Source: Chrysomallon squamiferum
Lineage: Eukaryota; Animalia; Mollusca
Length of the DNA stretch: 64,000 nt
Assembly: GCA_012295275.1 (NCBI GenBank)
Contig: CM022672.1
Span: 32,860,001-32,924,000 of the forward strand
Reading direction: 5' to 3'
Of the stretch, positions 55,423 to 64,000 are shown one piece after another. The notes below the pieces were generated by a model that made no database searches, was not told the DNA's origin, and worked only from the letters and a program-made list of their open reading frames with translations. The stretch's first letter is position 1. Each line of letters opens with the position of its first letter. The translations under genes were made by a program, and so were the position numbers.

Positions 55423-58400
55423 AAAATATTTTACAACTATTAATCATGTATATTTGTTATATATTTATTTTGTATTTACAGATGGTTGAATTTCCACTGG
55501 AGTCCATATTGTCCAAGATGTTTCTCATGTCATTTCACCTGGCCTGTAGTTCTGGAATTGTCACAGTTGTGTCTGTGTTGTCTGTGCAAAGTGATTTATA
55601 CAGACCAGAGGTCTGAAATTCATTTTTTGTATTGGTATCACAAATATGATTTAGCTACTATAACATTAAACATCCAAAATTATTATTAAACACATTTTAC
55701 ATAAAACATCTTTTGTATTGAAGATGAAAAAAAAATACATGCAAGGAAATGAATTTATTGTTTTTAAAAACAGAAAGAAGTGAAATTATTCATGAATAAA
55801 ATAAATTATTTTTCATCCATCCTAAAGATTTTTTTTAAATTTTTTTTTTTATATTTATGGGAAATAATCTTTTTTAAGAAAAATGTTTGACACAATGAAA
55901 GTTTTGTCACTAAACTGAAAAAAAACTTGAAGCTTTCATTTTCCTTTTTGTTCGTTATTATGAACAATAATAAAATACAGAAAAATCTTAGCAAAATCAA
56001 TTTATTCTGACTAAATAATTTGTTATTGTAATATTTTAGGTGATGTTTAAATAGTAATTTGTTTTTGTTTCCAGAGATTACCAATGATAAATTTTATAAT
56101 TTTTTTTTTTTTTTTTTTTTTAATTAACTATAATTTTATTTATTAGAATTATCAGTAATAAATGTTACAATTTTTTAGTTAACTCATTTCATTGTTAAGG
56201 TTTATCAATGATAAATGTAATTTATGACTTTACAGGATAAACAAGCTCTTTCTGTTCAGAAAAAAGGCCAGGTTCCTTCAGGCCAAGGATGACCACTTGA
56301 TCATGTGTGTAGTGCACAGTTCAGTGAAGAACAGACACTTCTCCAGTCCTGACTGTTAAGAGAAATTTGTACAGACTCAGACACTCAGATGTACTCACCA
56401 TGTTTGTAAACAGATGCTGGGTGGAATGGACAGGTAATTCAGTTTACTACCAGATTTTATAAAGATTAAATTTAAAATAATAAATTACTTAATTTCATCT
56501 GAGAATGTTTTAATATTAATATTATTAGATATAATTTTATTGTTTATTTGTAAATACAGACTTTGTCATTGATTTACCAACTGTGATAACATAGCTGTAA
56601 GAGGAAATAGTCAATTGACTATGCATTTTAGAAAGTTTAAATTTAAAAATTAAGAATAAGTTAAAGATTATAGATTTTATGTTATCAATTTAAAAAAAGT
56701 AAAAAAAAATTAAAATAAATAAGTATGTTTTATTTTTAAAATTATTAGATTCATACTTAAAGGTTCTGACTTGATTTGTTCACACTTGTGTTAAACACAC
56801 ACACCCCCAGATAATTAAAAATACAGGAAAAAACAAGAAATATTTTAATAAATACAGCTTGACTTTATTTCATTTCAGTCAAATTTTATTTCACTCTACA
56901 TATATCTTAAGTTGAGAAGATAACTCGAAATTCAAATGAAGAAATAAAATTGTAATCGTTGTTCTACAAAAATGTACAATTAATGTTTTATTTTCAGAAA
57001 CAAGCTGGATGTTATGTCAGAATCACCACAGAGTACAGAAATCTATTTACAGCAGGTTCTTACAGCAAACAAATCACAGGACAGTTACAGACAATCAGAT
57101 GTTTTACATCAGTGCTGTTTTAACAGGCTGAGTGTTTGGTAAGTAAAGTGTATGTACATTACATTTGTAATACTATTAGACATTTTTGTTTTAAATGTAA
57201 TGTCTTGTCTGGTTTTGTGGACACAAGCAGGTGTTGTACACAGAGTACAGAAATCTATTTACAGCAGATTCTTCACATCATTTTAGTTTAACTGTCTGCT
57301 TGACTGGTAAATAAATGTAAACGTTTCTCTCACAAATTTTAATAAACTTTCCCATCAGGCCTTTCGGTAACCATGAAGTGTGAAAAATAATTTTAAATGG
57401 TCTGTTTCAGATGATAATTATTATTTTTGATAATGACAGTGAGAGAAAAACCCTTTACCTTTTCACTGTTAATTAAGACAGCAATTTTTATGTTCAATTT
57501 TCAGTGTACATTTTTTAATACACCAGTAACAGACTCCCAAACTCAAGATTGATACAAACATCTGTTACTTCTTAGCACAGTTCTCTACTATTAAGTCACA
57601 AAACATCAGATTTGAATTTTATCTAGTGTTCATTTTACATGTCAAATTGTATAATCCACATTAAGAGGTAAATTTTATACAATTCTGAATATTATTTTAG
57701 TTTTAATAAAAACACATTTATTTTTGTTTTAAATATTTCAGGGTTGTTTATAGTGAGAAGTGTTAATGATAATCATCTGTTCGTTCTAAATGGCTTTTTG
57801 AGTTTGCCTCCAAGTTTTTCAAGTTTTCTGATCATACTGAACTAAGCAAGCAGAAGAAATTGTAGAAGATGAAACATCTCCACACAAAAATAAAAAGAAG
57901 CTGAATGCTTGAAGAATACTGAGAACTTCTAGAAAAATTCACACCTAACAAAAGTTTAAAAACATGGACTACACTTACTGGATAATTTATAAAACTGAAA
58001 CTGTGGTTTCAGATTGGAAGATATCGTTACATACAGACCAATATACATAATGTTAGGACCAGACACAGCGCCACCTTCAGTCAGATCTGTGAAAAAAAAA
58101 AGACTTTAATTTTTAAAAATGATTTATGTTAGAAATACTTGATTACAGCTTTAAACAAAAAAGAACACATTTTATATAAAGATGTTTGGTCCAGGGGAGA
58201 TAATTTAATTTTTCTGTTTTATTTTTTGTATTTCTTATTTTATTTTATTTTTTTAAATCTACTGAATTATCTATACCAAATATAAAATAACAAAGAACAC
58301 CAAGACTTCTGGTAAAGATTTAGCCAATAAATATATCTTAATAAAACATAAAAGAGAAGTAGATAATTTTAAGTTTTTTGGAAGATAAAATCAGAAATTA

Positions 58401-58433
58401 GACATTTTCTTAATAAATAATTTTTAGATTACA
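54315..58433 (+). repeat. Direct segmental duplication, copy 2 (of 32216-36293), truncated by the satellite
   Basis: Collinear and near-identical; similarity stops at ..agattacaa, where the satellite begins. Confidence 0.95.
54740..58100 (+). ncRNA. Putative spliced non-coding or pseudogene unit, copy 2
   Basis: Exon-like blocks 55482-55610, 56236-56433, 56998-57138 and ~57742 onward, all retaining AG/GT ends. Confidence 0.4.
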
Positions 58434-60617
58434 AAAAACTGAGATTTTCAAACCACGATCCAATGTAACCACAACAGAAGATAAAAAAACTAAAAACTAA
58501 CATTTGAAAACCACGATCCAATGTAACGGCAGCAGATGATAAAACAAACAAACTAAAAACTAACATCTCAAAACCACTGTCCAATGTAATCACAGCAGAC
58601 GATAAAACAAACAAACTAAATACTAACATCTCAAAATCCACGATCCAATGTAACCACAACAGACGATAAAACAAACAAATTAAAAACTGAGATTTTCAAA
58701 TCACGATCCAATATAATCACAACAGAAGATAAAACAAACTAAAAACTAACATCTCAAAACCAGGATCCAATGTAACCACAGCGGATGGTAAAACAAACAA
58801 ATTAAAAACTGAGATTTTCAAATCACGATCCAATATAATCACAACAGAAGATAAAACAAACTAAAAACTAACATCTCAAAACCACGATCCAATGTAACCA
58901 CAGCAGACGATAAACGAAATTAAATAGTAACATCTCAAAATCCACGATCCAATGTAACCACAACAGACGATAAAACAAACTAAAAACTAACATCTCAAAA
59001 CCACGATCCAGTCTAACCACAGCAGACGATAAAAGAATCAAACTAAATACTAACATCTCAAAACCACGATCCAGTGTAACCACAGCAGACGATAAAAGAA
59101 TCAAACTAAATACTAACATATCAAAATCCACGATCCAATGTAACCACAGCAGACGATAAAAGAATCAAACTAAAAACTAACATCTCAAAAACCACGATCC
59201 AGTGTAACCACAGCAGACGATAAAAGAAGCTAAAACTAACATCTCAAAACCACTACCCAATGTAACCACAGCAGACGATAAAAGAAAGAAACTGAAAATA
59301 TCTCAAAACCACGATCCAATGTAACCACAGCAGACGATAAAACAAACTAAAAACGAACATCTCAAAACCACGATCCAATGTAACCACAGCAGACGATAAA
59401 AGAATCAAACTAAAAACTAACATCTCAAAACCACGATCCAATGTAACCACAGCAGACGATAAAAGAAAGAAACTGAAAACATCTCAAAACCACGATCCAA
59501 TGTAACCACATCAGACGATAAAACAAACAAACTAAAAACTGAGATTTCCAATCCACGATCCAATGTAACCACAACAGAATATAAAAGAAACTAAAAACTA
59601 ACATTTGAAAACCACGATCCAATGTAACCCCAGCAGATGATAAAACAAACTGATAACTGAGATCTCAAAATCATGATCCAATGTAACCACAGCAGACGAT
59701 AAAACAAACAAAATAAAAACTAACATCTCAAAACCACGATCCAATGTAACCACAGCAGACGATAAAAGAATCAAACTAAAAAACTAACATCTGAAAAACC
59801 ACGATCCAATGTAACCACAGCAGACGATAAAAGAAAGAAACTGAAAACATCTCAAAACCACGATCCAATGTAACCACATCAGACGATAAAACAAACAAAC
59901 TAAAAACTGAGATTTCCAATCCACGATCCAATGTAACCACAACTGAATATAAAAGAAACTAAAAACTAACATTTGAAAACCACGATCCAATGTAACCACA
60001 GCAGACGATAAAAGAATCAAACTAAAAACAAACATCTCAAAAACCACGATCCAATGTAACCACAGCAGACAATAAAAGAAAGAAGCTGAAAACTAACATC
60101 TCAAAACCACGTTCCAATGTAACCACAGCAGACGATAAAAGAAACTAAAAACTAACATCTGAAAAAGTTCGATCGAATGTAACCACAACAGACGATAAAA
60201 CAAACAAACTAAAAACTAACATCTCAAAACCACGTTCCAATGTAACCACAGCAGACGATAAAAGAAACTAAAAACTAACATCTGAAAAAGTTCGATCGAA
60301 TGTAACCACAGCAGACGATAAAAGAATCAAACTAAAAACTAACATCTCAAAAAGTACTATCCAATGTAAGCACAACAGACGATAAAAGAAACTAAAAACT
60401 AACATCTCAAAACCACGATCCAATGTAACCACAGCAGACGATAAAAGAATCAAACTAAAAACTAACATCTCAAAAACCACGATCCAGTGTAACCACAGCA
60501 GACGATAAAAGAAACTAAAAATTAACATCTCAAAACCACGATCCAATGTAACCACAACAGACGATAAAAGAAACTAAAAACTAACATTTCAAAAACCTCG
60601 ATCCAATGTAACCACAG
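58430..60617 (-). repeat. 63/59-bp satellite array, same orientation as 15912-16633
   Basis: About 35 monomers with the aaaccacgatccaatgtaaccacagcagacgataaaa core; higher-order duplication visible. Confidence 0.97.
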
Positions 60618-63600
60618 CTACGTTTAATCTTGCTAGGGTTTCGAGATCTCACTATTTAGTTTGTTTCTTCTATCCTCTTTTACATTGGATCGTGGTTTTG
60701 AGATGTTAGTTTTTAGTTTGTTTTTGTTTTATCGTCTGTTGGGTGGTTTTGGATAGTTTTTTTGAGATGTTAGTTTTAGTTTATTTTTTATCTTCTGCTG
60801 TCGTTACATTGGATCGTGGTTTTGAGATGTTAGTTTTTAGTTTGTTTCTTTTATCGTCTGCTGTGGTTACATTGGATCGTGGTTTTGAGATGTTAGTTTT
60901 AGTTCTTTTTTATCGTCTGCTGTGGTTACATTGGATCGTTTTGAGATGTTAGTTTTTTTTGAGTTACATTGGATTTTTAGTTTTTATCATCTGCTGTTTA
61001 CATTGGATCGTGGTTTTGAGATGTTAGTTTTTGTTTGTTTTATCGTCTGCTGTGGTTACATTGGATCGTGGTTTTGAGATGTTAGTTTTCAGTTTCTTTT
61101 ATCATCTGTCTGCTGGGTTACATTGGATCGTGGTTTCGAGATGTTTTCAAGTTTGTTTGTTTTATCGTCTGTTGGTTTTTTGGATCGTGGTTTTGAGATA
61201 TTAGTTTTTGTTTTGTTTTACATTGGATCGTGGTTTTGAGAAATTAGTTTTTAGTTTGTTTTTTTCAGTTTACATTGGATCGTGGTTTTGAGATGTTAGT
61301 TTTTTGTTTATCATCTGCTTTTTATCGTGGATCGTGGTTTTGAGATGTTAGTTTTTAGTTTGTTTGTTTTATCATCTGCTGTGGTTACATTGGATCGTGG
61401 TTTTGAGATGTTAGTTTTTAGTTTGTTTGTTTTATCTTCTGTTGTGGTTAGTTTTAGTTTGGATCGTCTGATGGATCGTGGTTTTGAGATGTTAGTTTTT
61501 AGTTTTTTAGTTTGATTCTTGGATCGTTTGGTTTTGAGATGTTACATTTTTTAGTTTGTTTTTCAGATGTTACATTGGATCGTGGTTTTTTTAGTTTTTA
61601 GTTTGTTTTATCGTCTGCTATTGTGGTTACATTGGATCGTGTTTTCGTGGTTTTAGTTTTAGTTTTAGTTTGATTGGTTTTATCGTTTTTTGTTAGGTTT
61701 TACATTTATCATCGTGGTTTTGAGATGTTAGTTTGGTTTTAGATTTTTGTTTGTTTTATCGTCTGCTTTGATTACATTGGATCATGATTTTGAGATGTTA
61801 GTTTAGTTTTGTTTTATCATCTGCTGGGGTTACATTGGATCGTGGTTTTGAGATGTTAGTTTTTTTAGTTTGTTTTTATATTTTGTTGTGGTTACATTGG
61901 ATCGTGGTTTTGAGATGTTAGTTTGTTTTTTTTTTTATCTTCTGCTGTGGTTACATTTGATCGTGGTTTTGAGATGTTAGTTTTTAGTTTGTTTTTTTAT
62001 CGTCTGCTATGGTTTTTACATTGGATCGTGGTTTTGAGATGTTAGTTTTTAGTTTTTAGTTTGTTTTATCGTCTGCTGTGGTTACATTGGATCGTGGTTT
62101 TGAGATGTTGTTTTTAGTTTGTTGTTTTTTATCGTCTGTTATGGTTACATTACACTGGATCATGATTTTGAGATGTTCGTTTTACTTTGTTTGTTTTATC
62201 GTCTGAGTGTGGTTACATTGAATCGTGGTTTTGAGATGTTAGTTTTTTTTGTTTGTTTTTATCGTCTGCTGTGGTTACATTGGATCGTGGTTTTGAGATG
62301 TTAGTTTTTAGTTTGTTTGTTTTATCGTCTGTTGTGGTTACATTGGATCGTGGTTTTGAGATGTTAGTTTTTAGTTTGTTTGTTTTATCGTCTGCTGTGG
62401 TTACATTGGATCGTGGTTTTGAGATGTTAGTTTTTAGCTTTTTGTTTTATTGTCTCTGCTTGGTTACATTGGATCGTGGTTTTGAGATGTTGTTTTTAGT
62501 TTTTGTTTTATTGTCTGCTGTGGTTACATTGGATCGTGGTTTTGAGATGTTAGTTTTTTTAGTTTGTTTGTTTTATCGTCTGCTGTGGTTACATTGGATC
62601 GTGGTTTTGAGATGTTTTTTTATTTTTTTTTCTATTATCGTCTGCTATATTTTGAGATGTACACTGGATCGTGGTTTTGAGATGTTAGTTTTTTAGTTTG
62701 TTTGTTTTATCGTCTGCTGTAGTTTGTTACATTGGATCGTGGTTTTGAGATGTTTTTTAGTTTTAGTTTGTTTTTATCGTCTGCTGTGGTTACATTGGAT
62801 CGTGGTTTTTAGATGTTAGTTTTTTTAGTTTTTTTTTATCGTCTGTTGTGGTTACATTGGATAGTGGTTTTGAGATGTTAGTTTTTAGTTTTTAGTTTTT
62901 TTTTTATCGTCGTCTGCTGTGGTTACATTGGATCGTGGTTTTGAGATGTTAGTTTTAGTTTTTTTTTTTTATCGTCTGCTGTGGTTACATTGGATCGTGG
63001 TTTTTTAAATGTTAGTTTTTTTTTGTTTTTTTTATCGTCTCTTGTGGTTACATTGGATCGTGGTTTTGAGATGTTAGTTTTTAGTTTGTTTCTTTTATCG
63101 TCTGCTGTGGTTACATTGGATCGTGGTTTTGAGATGTTAGTTTTTAGTTTGATTCTTTTATCGTCTGCTGTGGTTACATTGGATCGTGGTTTTGAGATGT
63201 TAGTTTTTAGTTTGTTTGTTTTATCGTCTGTTGTGGTTACATTGGATCGTGGTTTTGAGATGTTAGTTTTTATTTGTTTTTTTTTTATCGTCTGTTGTGA
63301 TTACATTGGATCGTGGTTTTGAAGATGTTAGTTTTTAATTTGTTTGTTTTATCGTCTGATGTGGTTACATTGGATCGTGGTTTTGAGATGTTTTTTAGTT
63401 TTTTTTTATTTTTATCGTCTGCTTGAGATTAGTTTTAGATGTTAGTTTTCGTGGTTTACATTGGATCGTGGTTTTTAGATGTTGGTTTTTTTAGTTTTGT
63501 TTTTTTATCGTCTGCTGTGGTTACATTGGATTTGGATCGTGGTTTTGAGATGTTTGTTTTTAGTTTGTTTGTTTTATCGTCTGCTGTGGTTACATTGGAT

Positions 63601-64000
63601 CGTGGTTTTGAGATGTTTTTTTAGTTTCTTTTGTTTTATCGTCTGCTGTGGTTACATTGGATCGTGGTTTTGAGATGTTAGTTTTAGTTTGTTTTTATCG
63701 TCTGCTGTGGTTACATTGGATCGTGGTTTTGAGATGTTAGTTTTTTAGTTTGTTTCTTTTATCGTCTGCTGTGGTTTTTGGATCGTGGTTTTGAGATGTT
63801 AGTTTTTTAGTTTGTTTTATCATCTGTTGTGGTTACATTTGGATCGTGGTTTTGAGATGTTAGTTTTTAGTTTGTTTGTTTTATCGTCTGCTGTCATTAC
63901 ATTGGATCGTGGTTTTGAGATGTTAGTTTTAGTTTTTGTTTTATTTGTTTTATGCTGTGATTACATTGGATAGTTGTTTTGAGATGTTACTTTTTCAGAG
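60618..64000 (+). repeat. 63-bp satellite array in the opposite orientation, running off the window
   Basis: Begins with the diverged head ctacgtttaatcttg..tttcgagatctcactatttagtttg (reverse complement of ~16560-16633), then ttacattggatcgtggttttgagatgttagttttt monomers. Confidence 0.97.

Noticed and set aside
58430-64000. CRISPR array or multi-pass membrane protein ORFs
   Set aside because: Contiguous tandem monomers with no unique spacers and no cas genes, in eukaryotic context. ORFs are repeat translations broken by frequent frame changes.

Overview
This is AT-rich, microsatellite-dense animal genomic DNA with two 200-N assembly gaps, and it is not prokaryotic. The protein families and repeats suggest a mollusc, probably a gastropod (inference). 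The window is a heavily rearranged multigene-family locus. It holds three BTB-BACK-PHR (BTBD1/2/3/6-type) copies: one intact on + at 47396-48945, one on - with a frameshift and cut by a gap, and one 3'-only pseudogene. It also holds two tandem minus-strand genes for 4-EF-hand calcium-binding proteins with matching exon sizes and phases; the downstream one is probably secreted and the upstream one lacks its 5' exons. A spliced, apparently non-coding unit (possibly a decayed THAP gene) is present in 2.5 copies. Other content is four segmental duplications (two inverted) and fossil L1/Tx1, other LINE, hAT, MULE, MITE and SINE elements. The most unusual item is a 63-bp satellite whose monomer reads as start codon plus signal-peptide-like MLVFSLFVLSSAVV. 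It runs directly into the first exon of one EF-hand gene and recurs as a >5.5-kb head-to-head array at the window end.
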